A stretch of DNA of 64,000 nucleotides from Gammaproteobacteria bacterium (GTDB lineage Bacteria; Pseudomonadota; Gammaproteobacteria; Steroidobacterales; XN24). Positions 1-10,343 of the stretch are shown here, in pieces. Location of the stretch: assembly GCA_020341735.1 (NCBI GenBank), contig CP070833.1, positions 2,387,527-2,451,526 of the forward strand, read 5' to 3'. A model generated the notes under the pieces. It was not told the origin of the DNA and made no database searches. It saw only the letters and a list, made by a program, of their open reading frames with translations. Each line of letters opens with the position of its first letter. Position 1 is the first letter of the stretch. The translations under genes and the position numbers were made by a program.

Positions 1-1493
1 CCACGCGCGCTGTTAACGACGACAGGCGCGGGCACCAGCTCGGCTGCCGTCTCGAATTTTCGGTTCAGGCGGTCGACTACCTCTCGGTATTCGTCTGCAT
101 CCTCCGTGTAACGGCCCTCCGCATTGTGGCCGGAGCCGCGGGTAAAATACGCGCCCTTGGGGTGGACGCCGGGGAGGCTGCGATATGGGATCCCATCTCC
201 GTCGTGATCGTAGTAGCGCCAGAAATGCTCCGCCTTCTCGAGGTCCGTCTCGCTCAGCACCTTGCCCCGGTCCCAGCGATAGTCGTCATCCCATTGCAGT
301 AACGGACACATCCAGTCGTTCATGCCGATGTCCAGATCTGACAGCACGAATATCGGGGTCTGCAGGCGTTCCGCCAGATCGAACGCGGCGACCGCCATCT
401 CGAAACACTCGGTCGGATCAGCCGGGAAAAGGATCGGATGACGGGTGTCTCCATGGGAGCAGTAAGCAGCGCTGAGGATGTCACATTGCTGTGTCCGGGT
501 AGGCATCCCCGTGGATGGTCCAACCCGCTGGACATCGAAGATCACGGCCGGAATCTCGGCAAAATATCCGAAGCCGATGAACTCACTCATCAGCGAAATC
601 CCGGGGCCGCTGGTGGGTGTAAACGCTCTCGCCCCCATCCAGCCCGCGCCCAGAACCATGCCGATGGCGGCGAGCTCGTCTTCTGCCTGAACGATGCAGT
701 AGCGGTTCTCGCCCGTCTCCGCGTCTGTCCGATGCTGCGCACACAGGCTGCGGAACGCGTCCATCAGGGAGGTGGACGGGGTGATGGGGTACCACGCGCC
801 CACCGTAACGCCCGCGTAGAGACACCCCAGGGCAGCTGCCGAATTGCCGTCAATCATGATGTGGTCACGAGTGAGGTCCATGCTTTCGACTCGCAGCGAC
901 AACGGACACTCGAAGTGGTCCCGCGCATAATCGTAGCCGAGGTGAATCGCCTGCATGTTGGCGTCGGCAAGCTTCGGCTTTCTTGCGAATGTCTCGCCCA
1001 AGAGCTGCTTGATGACCTCCAGATCGAGTTCCAGCAGGGCCGCAAGTGCGCCGACATAGGTGACGTTCTTCATCAGTATTCGGGCGCGAATACCGTCAAA
1101 ATGCTCGTTGCAGATCTTCGCCAATGGAATGCCAAGGATCGTGACGTCCTCGCGCACCAGTTCGTGACTGCGGGGCCAGGTAGAGTCGTAGATCAGCACA
1201 CCGCCGGGGGAGACGTCAGACAGGTCCTGTCGGTATGTCTCCGCGTTCATCGCCACCATGATGTCGACGCGGCCGGAGCGGGCAATGTGCCCGTCGCGGC
1301 TTACCCGGATCTCATACCAGGTCGGCAGTCCCTGGATGTTTGACGGAAAGAAATTCTTTCCGACCACAGGGACGCCCATCCTGAAGATGGATTTCATCAG
1401 CAGGCTGTTGGCGCTCGCCGAGCCCGTCCCGTTGACGTTCGCCAGCTTGATGACGAAGTCGTTTATGCGCTCCGCCGATTGCGGCTCAGGCAT
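1..1493 (-). CDS. korA: 2-oxoacid (likely 2-oxoglutarate):ferredoxin oxidoreductase alpha subunit (fused gamma/alpha type); C-terminal end cut by the window edge
   Basis: Own minus-strand translation from ATG (1493-1491): MPEPQSAERINDFVIKLANVNGTGSASANSLLMKSIFRMGVPVVGKNFFPSNIQGLPTWYEIRVS...GAWYPITPSTSLMD...TPTSGPGISLMSE...VQRVGPSTGMPT. The frame stays open to position 1. It is absent from the ORF track because there is no stop in the window. The motifs are typical of KorA/PorA-family enzymes. Confidence 0.88.
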   Translation of the reverse strand, partial: MPEPQSAERINDFVIKLANVNGTGSASANSLLMKSIFRMGVPVVGKNFFPSNIQGLPTWYEIRVSRDGHIARSGRVDIMVAMNAETYRQDLSDVSPGGVLIYDSTWPRSHELVREDVTILGIPLAKICNEHFDGIRARILMKNVTYVGALAALLELDLEVIKQLLGETFARKPKLADANMQAIHLGYDYARDHFECPLSLRVESMDLTRDHIMIDGNSAAALGCLYAGVTVGAWYPITPSTSLMDAFRSLCAQHRTDAETGENRYCIVQAEDELAAIGMVLGAGWMGARAFTPTSGPGISLMSEFIGFGYFAEIPAVIFDVQRVGPSTGMPTRTQQCDILSAAYCSHGDTRHPILFPADPTECFEMAVAAFDLAERLQTPIFVLSDLDIGMNDWMCPLLQWDDDYRWDRGKVLSETDLEKAEHFWRYYDHDGDGIPYRSLPGVHPKGAYFTRGSGHNAEGRYTEDADEYREVVDRLNRKFETAAELVPAPVVVNSAR

Positions 1494-3274
1494 GCCTCTT
1501 CCTCATCGATTGCATAGGGGAAACTGAAGCGGGATTTCTGCATGTCCCAGGCGGCGGTCGGGCAGCGCTCAGCGCACAGCCCGCAGTGGACACAGAGGTT
1601 CTCGTCCTTAACCATCACCCGCGCCGTGTGCATGAGCGGGCCGGACACGAACAAAAGTTGATCCGGATTTTCAGACGGGGCTTTCAGCCGTTGTCGCAGA
1701 TCTTCCTCCGTTCCGTTACCGGTGATCGTCAGACAATCGGTGGGACAGATGTCGATGCACGCATCGCACTCGATACAGAGGCGATCGGTGAACGCGGTCT
1801 GGATATCGCAATTGAGGCAACGCTGCACCTCTTTCTCCGCCTGCTCAGGGGAGAAGCCGAGCTCCACCTCAATGTTCAGCTTCCTGAACCGCTGCGTCAG
1901 GCTGACGTGCGGCATGAGACCGCGCTCGAGCGGGTTGTAATCATTCTTGTAGGACCATTCGTGGATGCCCATCTTTCGGCTGGAAAGATTCATGGTCACG
2001 GGCAGCCGATCGGAAACGTCCGCGCCGGTGCAATGCTTGTGAACGGAAACGGCGGCCTGATGCCCGTGCTCGACGGCCCAGATGATGTTCTTGGGCCCGA
2101 AAGCCGCATCTCCACCGAAGAAAACTCCGGCCCGGGTCGACTGGAAAGTGGTCTCGTCGACGATGGGCACATCCCATTTGTCGAATTCGATGCCGAGGCC
2201 GCGCTCGACCCACGGAAAAGCATTCTCCTGTCCAATCGCGAGGACAACGTCATCCGCCGGGATGAATCGCTCGCCTATCACGCGCTGGTCGGTTATCCGG
2301 CCGTCATCATCGACCTGATACTCCATCTGATCGAACCGCATACCGACCAGCCGGCCGTCTTCCAGAACGAATTCCTTGGGCGAGTGATTGACTACGATCT
2401 CGACGTTTTCCTCTTCAGCATCCTCCAGTTCCCAGTCGGACGCCTTGAAGAAGTCTCTCGGCTTGCGGGCCATGACTTTCACGTCAGTGGAACCCAGCCG
2501 CAGTGAACTCCGGCAGCAGTCCATAGCGGTGTTGCCCACCCCGATGATCAGGACTCTCTCACCGATTTTTTCAACATGGTCGAAGGCAACGGACTCCAGC
2601 CAGTCGATCCCGATATGTATGTTGGCGGAGGCCTCCTCGCGCCCTGGCAGATCGAGGTCCTTGCCGCGGGGCGCGCCGCTGCCGACGAACACGGCGTCCC
2701 AACCCTCGTCGAGCAGGGCCTCCATACTGTCGATCCGGTGGCCCAGCTTGAGTTCGACCCCCATATCCAGGATGACGTCGATCTCCGAGTCGAGGATCTC
2801 CGCCGGAAGCCGGAAAGCGGGGATATTTGTCCGCATCAGGCCGCCGGGCCTGGCCAGAGCTTCGAAGATCGTCACCTGATAGCCGAGCGGCACCAGATCG
2901 TTGGCAACCGTCAGCGACGCCGGACCGGCGCCGATACAGGCCACCCGCTTGCCATTAGAGGTTTCGGGTACGACAGGCAAGCGGTCCTTGAACGCGCCCT
3001 TGAGGTCCGAGGCAACCCTTTTGAGGCGGCAAATCGCCACCGGCTTGTCTTCTACGCGGCCGCGTCGGCAGGCCGGTTCGCACGGACGATCGCAGACACG
3101 GCCCAGTACGCCCGGGAACACATTGGACTCCCGGTTGACCATGTAGGCATCGGTGAATTGCCCCTGGGCGATTAGCCGGATGTACTCGGGGACGTCTGTA
3201 TGAGCGGGGCAGGCCCACTGGCAGTCGACTACCCGGTGAAAATACTCCGGGTTCGAGGTATCGGTCGGCTTCAT
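1463..3274 (-). CDS. GltD-like NAD(P)H-dependent FAD oxidoreductase fused to a 2x[4Fe-4S] ferredoxin domain (KorC-like partner of the 2-oxoacid:ferredoxin oxidoreductase)
   Basis: 603-aa ORF. N-terminal Cys cluster as in the glutamate synthase small subunit (CQWACPAHTDVPEYI, CDRPCEPAC). Dinucleotide-binding motifs VACIGAGPASL and VLIIGVGNTAMD. C-terminal CLNCDIQ...CIECDACIDICP and CVHCGLCAERCP ferredoxin motifs. Overlaps the korA start by 31 nt. Confidence 0.88.
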   Translation of the reverse strand: MKPTDTSNPEYFHRVVDCQWACPAHTDVPEYIRLIAQGQFTDAYMVNRESNVFPGVLGRVCDRPCEPACRRGRVEDKPVAICRLKRVASDLKGAFKDRLPVVPETSNGKRVACIGAGPASLTVANDLVPLGYQVTIFEALARPGGLMRTNIPAFRLPAEILDSEIDVILDMGVELKLGHRIDSMEALLDEGWDAVFVGSGAPRGKDLDLPGREEASANIHIGIDWLESVAFDHVEKIGERVLIIGVGNTAMDCCRSSLRLGSTDVKVMARKPRDFFKASDWELEDAEEENVEIVVNHSPKEFVLEDGRLVGMRFDQMEYQVDDDGRITDQRVIGERFIPADDVVLAIGQENAFPWVERGLGIEFDKWDVPIVDETTFQSTRAGVFFGGDAAFGPKNIIWAVEHGHQAAVSVHKHCTGADVSDRLPVTMNLSSRKMGIHEWSYKNDYNPLERGLMPHVSLTQRFRKLNIEVELGFSPEQAEKEVQRCLNCDIQTAFTDRLCIECDACIDICPTDCLTITGNGTEEDLRQRLKAPSENPDQLLFVSGPLMHTARVMVKDENLCVHCGLCAERCPTAAWDMQKSRFSFPYAIDEEEACLSRNRRSA

Positions 3275-3593
3275 TCGCCTACGGGCGTGCGTCTCCGCAT
3301 CGCCGCGCTCCTCCTGTGCGGCCGTTGTGACCGGCCGTCGCTGGCATACTTTAATGATTCAGGGAGGAAAAACAACGATGATGAAATCACCGCAGGTGCA
3401 GCATTTTCATGCGCTGCCGCGGCACCGCACCGCGGCAGCCCGGATTGCCGGGGCGCATAGCTGGAAGATGATTTCCGCCTGCGACCGCGGTTGCACCGTC
3501 CGTCGGCATTGACCGGGTCCTCATCCACCGGGCAGGCGAAGGCGTCAGGCAAGTGTCGGCGGAAGACATCGCACGCGCGGTATCAGGCGTGAA

Positions 3594-4073
3594 TCAACCG
3601 GCCCCTCTGCGGCTGATGTCCAGGAACTCGGCGCCCCTGAGTAACTTCCGGAAACCGGTGCGATCTACGTGAATCAGGTCTTCGTGGTCACCCGCTTCGA
3701 AATAGATGTCTTCTTTCTTCATCAGTGAACGATCAACCACGGTCGGGACCCGGTAGTCGGGGCCCAGCGGCGGGACCGCACCCTGCTCGCAGTCGAAAAA
3801 GACAGTCCCGAGTTCATCCTCGGTCATTAGCACGAGACCGGGCCGGTGCAGCAAAGCCTGCAGGCACTCCAGGTCCAGCACTCGATTGGCAGGCATTACG
3901 GCGAGCAGTGGACCGAGATCGTCCTTAAGTGCAACCGCCTTCGCCAATTCACCTTCGGCTATGTGGGCTTTGCGCGCAGTCTCAGCGCTGGTGGCTGAGT
4001 GATGATGGCGCAGGATTTGGAAATCGACGTCGGTCAGTGTCAGCGCAAAATCTACTGTATCGGCAATGCCCAT
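3594..4073 (-). CDS. YbaK/prolyl-tRNA-synthetase-associated (aminoacyl-tRNA deacylase-like) domain protein
   Basis: Internal ATG at 4073 (MGIADTVDFALTL...) gives 159 aa. The ...LGPLLAVMPANRVLDL...LMTEDELGTVFFDCEQGAVPPLG...IYFEAGDHEDLIHV pattern resembles the YbaK/EbsC family. The upstream 73 codons of the track ORF look like non-coding read-through. Confidence 0.7.
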   Translation of the reverse strand: MGIADTVDFALTLTDVDFQILRHHHSATSAETARKAHIAEGELAKAVALKDDLGPLLAVMPANRVLDLECLQALLHRPGLVLMTEDELGTVFFDCEQGAVPPLGPDYRVPTVVDRSLMKKEDIYFEAGDHEDLIHVDRTGFRKLLRGAEFLDISRRGAG

Positions 4074-4264
4074 GGCTCGTCTCCGCGTGCTCTTGGTCTC
4101 GTTGATGGCAATAAAAGTATAGCGCCGCATTGCGGGCAGACCCATCTGCGGTTCTCGCCAGCGAGACCCGGGCATGCCCGCCATCGGTTTTTTCGGGCCC
4201 TGATCCATCGTCCAGCGGCCGGCCGGGGAGCCCCTGCGGCACCCGCTGATTCGCTGCCAAACAT

Positions 4265-5044
4265 TTACCAGGGTATCTGTGAGCCGTCCCATGCGTAGAA
4301 CCCGCCGCTATCATCCGGCGCCAGTCTGTCGATGACGGACAGCAGCCTTCGGGCAGAATAATCACTGGAAAGTAGCTGCTCCTCGGGGACACCTGACTGG
4401 AAAGGTTTCGATAGAGACGTATCCACCGTCCCCGGGTGCAGCGCTACGACTATCGCACCCGGAGCGCGACGTTTCAGCTCGATCGCGGTGCAGCGCAACA
4501 GCTGGTTCAGAGCGGCTTTGGATGCACGATAGGCGTACCACCCTCCAAGTCGGTTGTCTCCGATGCTGCCTACGCGCGCGGAAATGGCGGCGAACACAGA
4601 ACGCTCCCGCCGAGGCAGCATCGGACCGAGATGGCGGGCCACCAGAGCGGGCCCGATTGCGTTGACCGCAATGATTCGTGCCAGATTGTCCTGCGAAAGA
4701 TCCTCCAGACGTCGCTCTGGAGACGTACGACCTGGCTCGTGCAGGATCCCGAAGGCACAGATTACCAGTCGGATCTGCGCCTGAGCATCGGCCAGTCGGG
4801 CTGCCAGGCCGGCGACTGATTGCTCCTGCAGCACGTCCACTGCAGATGCCACGACGGAGCCTCTGCCCTCTGCCACCAGCGCCTCGACGGTCGCTGAGTC
4901 CGGTGACCTACTGGCCACAACGGTCGAGTCGAATCGGCCGCTGGCCCCGATCTGCCGCACCAGTTCGGCGCCGATGCCGCCGGCGCCGAGTACTATGGCG
5001 GTTCCGCCGGAGGGCAATGATCGAAGCCGATTCTCGGTTGTCAT
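4265..5044 (-). CDS. Short-chain dehydrogenase/reductase (SDR) family oxidoreductase
   Basis: TAIVLGAGGIGAEL Rossmann motif and YRASKAALN catalytic Y-x3-K motif. 259 aa. Confidence 0.85.
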   Translation of the reverse strand: MTTENRLRSLPSGGTAIVLGAGGIGAELVRQIGASGRFDSTVVASRSPDSATVEALVAEGRGSVVASAVDVLQEQSVAGLAARLADAQAQIRLVICAFGILHEPGRTSPERRLEDLSQDNLARIIAVNAIGPALVARHLGPMLPRRERSVFAAISARVGSIGDNRLGGWYAYRASKAALNQLLRCTAIELKRRAPGAIVVALHPGTVDTSLSKPFQSGVPEEQLLSSDYSARRLLSVIDRLAPDDSGGFYAWDGSQIPW

Positions 5045-5153
5045 TTCAGTCGCGTTCCAAACACCACGGCAAAGAGGGTCTTCGGCGCTCCGACCATAGC
5101 CGATTCCGATCTCACATTTGCGGCTTCGGCTATGCTAGCCTTCCCGCACCCCG

Positions 5154-5600
5154 ATGAAACAGATCCTCGACAGATTCAAGAATGGACTGCACGGCTTCAG
5201 GGAACGCTCCCATCAAAAGCAGTTCGTCGATGCAGTGATGGCAGCAGCAGCGCTGGTCGCCCTGGCGGACCGCGATCACAGGCTATCAGAGCTGGTGACG
5301 CGCGACCGTGTGCTGTCGCGCCTTGGTGAGCTAAAGCCGGTGAGCGTGCGCGACGCGGTGGAGACCTATGACCGCCACGCACGCGCACTGATCGATGATC
5401 CCGACCGAAGCCGGCAGGAGATATTCAAGCTCCTGGGGGAATTCTCTGGGGACAGCGAAGAAGTGACCACCCTGGTTCGGGCCTGCCTCGCCATCGGTCA
5501 CGCGGACACGGATTTTAGCCCCAGAGAACGAAGCGTGGTCGAGCAGATTTGTGGCGCAATCGGAGTCGATCCCGGCGAACTCGGGGTCTACGACATCTGA
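5154..5600 (+). CDS. TerB-family (tellurite-resistance TerB-like) protein
   Basis: 148 aa. Resembles TerB domain proteins: FVDAVMAAAALVALADRDHRLSE...ACLAIGHADTDFSPRERSVVEQICGAIGV. Confidence 0.65.
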   Translation: MKQILDRFKNGLHGFRERSHQKQFVDAVMAAAALVALADRDHRLSELVTRDRVLSRLGELKPVSVRDAVETYDRHARALIDDPDRSRQEIFKLLGEFSGDSEEVTTLVRACLAIGHADTDFSPRERSVVEQICGAIGVDPGELGVYDI

Positions 5601-5631
5601 ATCGACCCGCACCGATCGCCTCCTCCAGGCG

Positions 5632-6177
5632 ATGACCAGGCACCCGATGAAAAGAATCGCTCCGACATTGCTGATGGTGATCGCCCTGCAGGTACAGGCC
5701 GCGCACCCCCCGAAGGTCTGCAGTGATATGGAAGCGGTCCACGCGCTGGACTTCTGGCTGGGAAGCTGGGACGTTCTCGATCGCGAGGGCGACCTGCTGG
5801 GCCACAATCGGATCGAATCTGTTGTCGGAGGCTGCGCGATCGTCGAGGAATGGACCGGAGCACAGGGTTTCGAGGGCCGCAGCCTGTTCTATTTCCATAG
5901 CTGGCTCGGACAATGGCGCCAGATCTGGATAACCTCGGCCCCACAGCAGCCGGGCAGCGTCAAGGAGAAGAGGCTGGTGGAAAGTTTCAGCGACGGCGGC
6001 GTGCGGTTCCGCGGAGAGATCATGATATCGCCCGAGCATTACGTGCAGGACCGCACGACGCTGCGCCCCCTGCCCGATGGCCGGGTACATCAGCTGATCG
6101 AATGGTCCAACGATGATGGCAAGACCTGGAATCGCAGTTTCGAAGGCTGGTATGTCGCTTCGGAGCCGCAAAAGTGA
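5632..6177 (+). CDS. Secreted hypothetical protein
   Basis: Signal-peptide-like N-terminus MTRHPMKRIAPTLLMVIALQVQA. The start was chosen at an internal ATG; the track ORF begins at 5551 inside the TerB gene. I do not recognise the family with confidence. Confidence 0.55.
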   Translation: MTRHPMKRIAPTLLMVIALQVQAAHPPKVCSDMEAVHALDFWLGSWDVLDREGDLLGHNRIESVVGGCAIVEEWTGAQGFEGRSLFYFHSWLGQWRQIWITSAPQQPGSVKEKRLVESFSDGGVRFRGEIMISPEHYVQDRTTLRPLPDGRVHQLIEWSNDDGKTWNRSFEGWYVASEPQK

Positions 6178-6370
6178 GCCCGGGTCGAGAACCGGGAGAG
6201 ACCGTGGCAATCGACTCATTGCCAGACCACGAACACCGTTCGTGAGCCGCGGGGTAAACAGGCCGTCCTGGTCGATCGGCAACGATGACGGCGATCCACG
6301 GTTGGCCTGATTTGCGGTCTGGAGCGCACGGCTTGCCCGGCCGCGCCATCCTCTCTAGGCTTGCCATGGA

Positions 6371-9004
6371 ATGGGTGGGAGATTCGGCCGGATGACACTG
6401 ATTTCAGAAGGATCGCGTTCAAGGCGCGGCGGATGGCTGGCCGTGTTTATGATGGCGGGCCTCACGATATCCGCTCCTGGACCGGCGCAGGAGACAACGC
6501 CCCCACAGCCTGTGGCACCGGCAGCGGAGTCTCCGCCAGAGCCGACGGCGATCGCCGCGGCAGATATTCCGACGCGCGCCGAAGCCGAGAAGACCTGGCT
6601 GCGCGGCGTCGCCGCACTTACTGCGCCCCAGCAGCGAACAACCGAGATCGAAGAACAACTGAAGTCGATGCGGGACGAGATCGAGCGGCTGCAGTCGGTT
6701 GACCTGAACTCGGAGGCGATCGGTCAGCGGACGCTGCGCGACCAGCGCGGGCGCTGGGCCCTGGTCGACTCTCGCTTGACAGGCTGGCAGGACACGATCG
6801 CCCGGCGTGCCCAGGAGATCGATACGCAGACGACCACGCTGAAGGTTCGCCGGGTTGATTGGGAACTGACACTCAAATCGGCGAGAGAAGCCGATCTGCC
6901 CGATGCTCTGGTGGAGCAGGTCCAGGAGATGCTCTCCGCGTTCGACGAACTTGACAAGTTGCTGCGCGAGCGGCGTGCCCCGTTGCTGACGCTGGGCAGC
7001 GTCATCTCGGTGCTGAATGTCCAGGCCGACGACGCCCTGGATGCGATCAAGACCGCGGAGGCTCAGCAGAGGGGGCGCCTGCTGGTCCGCGATGCCGAGC
7101 CGCTCTGGCGACTGCTGAGCCCCAGAGAACAGACGCAAGAGGATGCGGAGCAGGAACCCGTCGAGACGGACACGATCGAGGTCGCGCAGGAGTTGATCGG
7201 CGGCGAGATATCGAGCGCCTGGAACCAGAACCTCGCATCGATCACGCATTACGTCGAAGACAACACGGATCGCGTACTGACCCACATCATCCTATTCCTC
7301 GCGCTGGCCGTCACGTTGTGGCTGCTGCAGAAACGTCGCGAGGTCTGGGCGCCGGGCGCGGCCACTCCCCGGGAGGGTGTCGTCGACATCTTCGCCCACC
7401 CGATCGCATCCGCTGCCCTGCTGGTCCTGGTCGCCCCCCGGCTGGTGTATCCGGGAGCCCCGCTAGCCCTCTTCGACCTGATCCGCATGATGGCCGTACT
7501 GCCCATCATCGCCCTATTGGGCAAAGTGCTCGCACCGCGCCAACATCCCTCCATGTACGCGCTGTTGGGCCTGTTCGCGCTGGATATGGCGCGCGGACTG
7601 GTCGATACACAACCATTTTCGAGCCGCATGTCCTTACTCGTGATCACGTTGCTGGGCCTTGCGGTGATTATCTGGACCCTTGCTACGCGGCGAGATCTTG
7701 CGGGCAACCTGGAAGGTGCCTGGGCGCGGGTCGCCCACCTCGTGGCGCGAGTATCACTCGTCACGTTGACCGCCAGCATAATCGCCAATATCGTTGGCAT
7801 CGTCAGTCTCGCCGAGCTCCTCGGCGAAGGCACGATCACCACGATCTTCGCCGGTTTCGGGCTGCATGCGCTGCTGCTCGTGCTGCTCGGACTGCTCGAC
7901 GTCATCCTGCAGTCGCCGGCCGGCTCTGGCATCCGCGCTTTCAAGCGTAATGCGGACATCGTAAGAGAGCGTGTTAGCGCCGGTCTGTACCTGATAGCAC
8001 TGGCGGCCTGGATATTTGCGATGCTGAGTTTCTTCAGGCTCTGGCCGTTCGTCCGGGATCACACCGCCGGACTGTTCTCGTCGAGCCTGTCCGTGGGCAC
8101 TTTCCAGATCAGCCTCGGAGACGTCGTCGCATTCATCGTCGCCCTCTGGGTGGGCACGCTGCTGTCCCGTTTCATTCGGTTCATTCTCGCCGAGGACGTG
8201 TTCACGCGGGTCCGACTCCCGCGGGGCGTGCCAGCCACGATCAGCATGATGGTCAACTACGGGATCATCACCGTCGCCTTCTTCATCGCCCTGGCCGTGG
8301 CGGGATTCGATCTCACCCGATTCGCACTTATCGCGGGTGCATTATCGGTAGGCATTGGTTTTGGACTGCAGAATGTCGTCAACAACTTCGTGTCGGGACT
8401 GATCCTGGCGTTCGAGCGACCGATCTCTGTAGGCGATTCCGTAGAAGTCGGGCCACTGATGGGCAGGGTTAATCGAATCGGCATCCGCTCAAGCGTTGTA
8501 CGCACTTTCGACGGCTCCGAGGTCATCGTGCCGAATGCGGATTTCATCTCCAAGGAGGTGATCAACTGGACGCTGTCCGACGTCAATCGACGCCTGATCG
8601 TTCCGGCCGGCGTCGCTTATGGCTCGAACCCGCACCAGGTGCTGGAACTTCTGGTCAAGGTCGCCCGGACCCATCCGGACGTGTTGCAGGAGCCTGAACC
8701 GTACGCGTTGTTCATCGGCTTCGGAGCCAGTTCACTGGACTTCGAACTGCGCGCATGGTGCGACTTCAGTGAGGGGCTGCGGATAAAGACCGAACTCAAT
8801 CTCGGCATCCACGACGCGCTCAAGGAAGCCGGGATCGAGATTCCCTTCCCGCAACGGGATCTCCACCTCAGGTCCGTCGATGCGCAAGCGGGACAAGCGA
8901 TCTCCGGGCGAGCGTTGTTACGCTATCCGAATCAGAAGGACGCGGCCGGCGACCAGGAAATCGTCCAGGCAGACACGTCCGTCATCCCGGAAGCAGAAGA
9001 GTAG
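6371..9004 (+). CDS. Large mechanosensitive ion channel, MscS family (MscK/KefA-like)
   Basis: 877 aa. Signal/TM segment, then a long periplasmic coiled-coil region, then multiple TM helices. C-terminal MscS core (GALSVGIGFGLQNVVNNFVSGLILAFERPISVGDSVEV...GRVNRIGIRSSVVRTFDGSEVIVPNADFIS). Confidence 0.9.
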   Translation: MGGRFGRMTLISEGSRSRRGGWLAVFMMAGLTISAPGPAQETTPPQPVAPAAESPPEPTAIAAADIPTRAEAEKTWLRGVAALTAPQQRTTEIEEQLKSMRDEIERLQSVDLNSEAIGQRTLRDQRGRWALVDSRLTGWQDTIARRAQEIDTQTTTLKVRRVDWELTLKSAREADLPDALVEQVQEMLSAFDELDKLLRERRAPLLTLGSVISVLNVQADDALDAIKTAEAQQRGRLLVRDAEPLWRLLSPREQTQEDAEQEPVETDTIEVAQELIGGEISSAWNQNLASITHYVEDNTDRVLTHIILFLALAVTLWLLQKRREVWAPGAATPREGVVDIFAHPIASAALLVLVAPRLVYPGAPLALFDLIRMMAVLPIIALLGKVLAPRQHPSMYALLGLFALDMARGLVDTQPFSSRMSLLVITLLGLAVIIWTLATRRDLAGNLEGAWARVAHLVARVSLVTLTASIIANIVGIVSLAELLGEGTITTIFAGFGLHALLLVLLGLLDVILQSPAGSGIRAFKRNADIVRERVSAGLYLIALAAWIFAMLSFFRLWPFVRDHTAGLFSSSLSVGTFQISLGDVVAFIVALWVGTLLSRFIRFILAEDVFTRVRLPRGVPATISMMVNYGIITVAFFIALAVAGFDLTRFALIAGALSVGIGFGLQNVVNNFVSGLILAFERPISVGDSVEVGPLMGRVNRIGIRSSVVRTFDGSEVIVPNADFISKEVINWTLSDVNRRLIVPAGVAYGSNPHQVLELLVKVARTHPDVLQEPEPYALFIGFGASSLDFELRAWCDFSEGLRIKTELNLGIHDALKEAGIEIPFPQRDLHLRSVDAQAGQAISGRALLRYPNQKDAAGDQEIVQADTSVIPEAEE

Positions 9005-9209
9005 CGGCCAGCAGCGTGTCGCCTAGCCGCCGAAACCGTCTTTTGCAGGCCGGGCATTACTGCCTGGGCGGCCACCGGGAGTCCGCCCGATGGCCAACAC
9101 TGTCTACCCAACGCGCGGTCGATCACCGGTCGCAGGTCACCGACTTATCGACAAACATTGGTCTGCCGTGGACACGCGACCAGGTCTTGTCAGGCGCCAG
9201 GGCTTGGGC

Positions 9210-10343
9210 ATGAAACTGACGGGATTCGACATCATCATCACAGGACGGCGCCGGGCAGGCCCGATTTCTGCCGGCGCGGTGCGTCATGCTAGTAGCCAGA
9301 GCCTGTTCGTCGGACTGCGTGATGATGTCGGCACCATCGGTTGGGGAGAGACCTGTCTAGATCCCGGATCCAGCGGCGACGCGATGAGTTCCGCCCGGGA
9401 TGCGCTCCGGCAGACGATTCTCCCGGCGCTTCTCACGCTGAAGATCGACGGGCTGGAGGATGCATACAGGATGGCGCAAGACCTGCTGCATGAACTCCCT
9501 TGCGAAATGCAGCCGGCATTCTGTGCTGCGGAGTTGGCGCTTCTGGACATCGCGGGACGGCGATTCCGTCGCAGCGCGGGCCGAATCCTGGGCCCGACCG
9601 TGCGAACTTCGATCCACTACAGTGGCCTGATCTCGACGACCGACGAGGCCGAGCTCGTGAGGGACGCGGGCAACCTGCGTCGATCGGGAATCAGGCACGT
9701 CAAAATGTGTCTGACCGACGATATCCAGACAAACCTCAGGATGATGGACATCGTGCGCAATCGGCTTGGCGCCGAGGCGGAGATCCGGGTGCGTGCGGCC
9801 GCGGGCTGGACGGCGGATGAAGCCATGGCACAGCTGGAAGCGCTTGCTCCCTATCATCTGGCGGGAATCGAGCAGCCCGTGTCGCCTGATGACGTGGGCG
9901 GCCTGCGGCAAGTCACCCGAGCCGGACTGGCGCCGGTAATCGCCGATGATGCCCTGGTGACTGTCGATGACGCTGCACGCCTGATCGAAGCGCAAGCGTG
10001 CGATATTTTCAGTATCCGTCCGGCGAAGTGTGGAGGATTGATCAACTCTGCACGGATCCACAGCATGGCGAGAACGGCCGGTCTCGGATGCCAACTTGGA
10101 GCCCTGTCAGGCGAGGGTGCCCTGCTTATGGCTGCAGGATTGCAGTTCGCCTGCCGGTCTGAAGGCATCCGCTGGGCGGAAAGCGGTCTCGATCCGCTCC
10201 CGGAAGAAAGCGCGATCGCGGATCCGGACCTGACCCTCGGCCCGGGCGGCCTGGCGCAGCCGCTGACTGGCCCCGGCCTTGGAGTCAGAATCCGGCTGGA
10301 ACGACTGATGGAGTCCGCCGCCCAGAAGATCTCGGTCGGATAG
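9210..10343 (+). CDS. Enolase-superfamily enzyme (mandelate racemase/muconate lactonising enzyme family; dipeptide epimerase/OSBS-like)
   Basis: Internal ATG at 9210 (MKLTGFDII...). Motifs: IGWGE, HVKMCL (KxK-type), AGIEQPV, IADDAL, IRPAKCGG. Confidence 0.82.
   Translation: MKLTGFDIIITGRRRAGPISAGAVRHASSQSLFVGLRDDVGTIGWGETCLDPGSSGDAMSSARDALRQTILPALLTLKIDGLEDAYRMAQDLLHELPCEMQPAFCAAELALLDIAGRRFRRSAGRILGPTVRTSIHYSGLISTTDEAELVRDAGNLRRSGIRHVKMCLTDDIQTNLRMMDIVRNRLGAEAEIRVRAAAGWTADEAMAQLEALAPYHLAGIEQPVSPDDVGGLRQVTRAGLAPVIADDALVTVDDAARLIEAQACDIFSIRPAKCGGLINSARIHSMARTAGLGCQLGALSGEGALLMAAGLQFACRSEGIRWAESGLDPLPEESAIADPDLTLGPGGLAQPLTGPGLGVRIRLERLMESAAQKISVG

Noticed and set aside
3378-3512. 44-codon ORF with a strong SD (GGGAGGA-N8-ATG), and a perfect 9-bp-stem hairpin CTGCCGCGG-N7-CCGCGGCAG (3414-3438), in the gap between the ybaK-like gene and the GltD-like gene.
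   Set aside because: The ORF is on the opposite strand to both neighbours. Its product is Arg/His/Ala-rich with no features. The hairpin lacks a U-tract on either strand. This may be a regulatory structure, but I cannot support a call.
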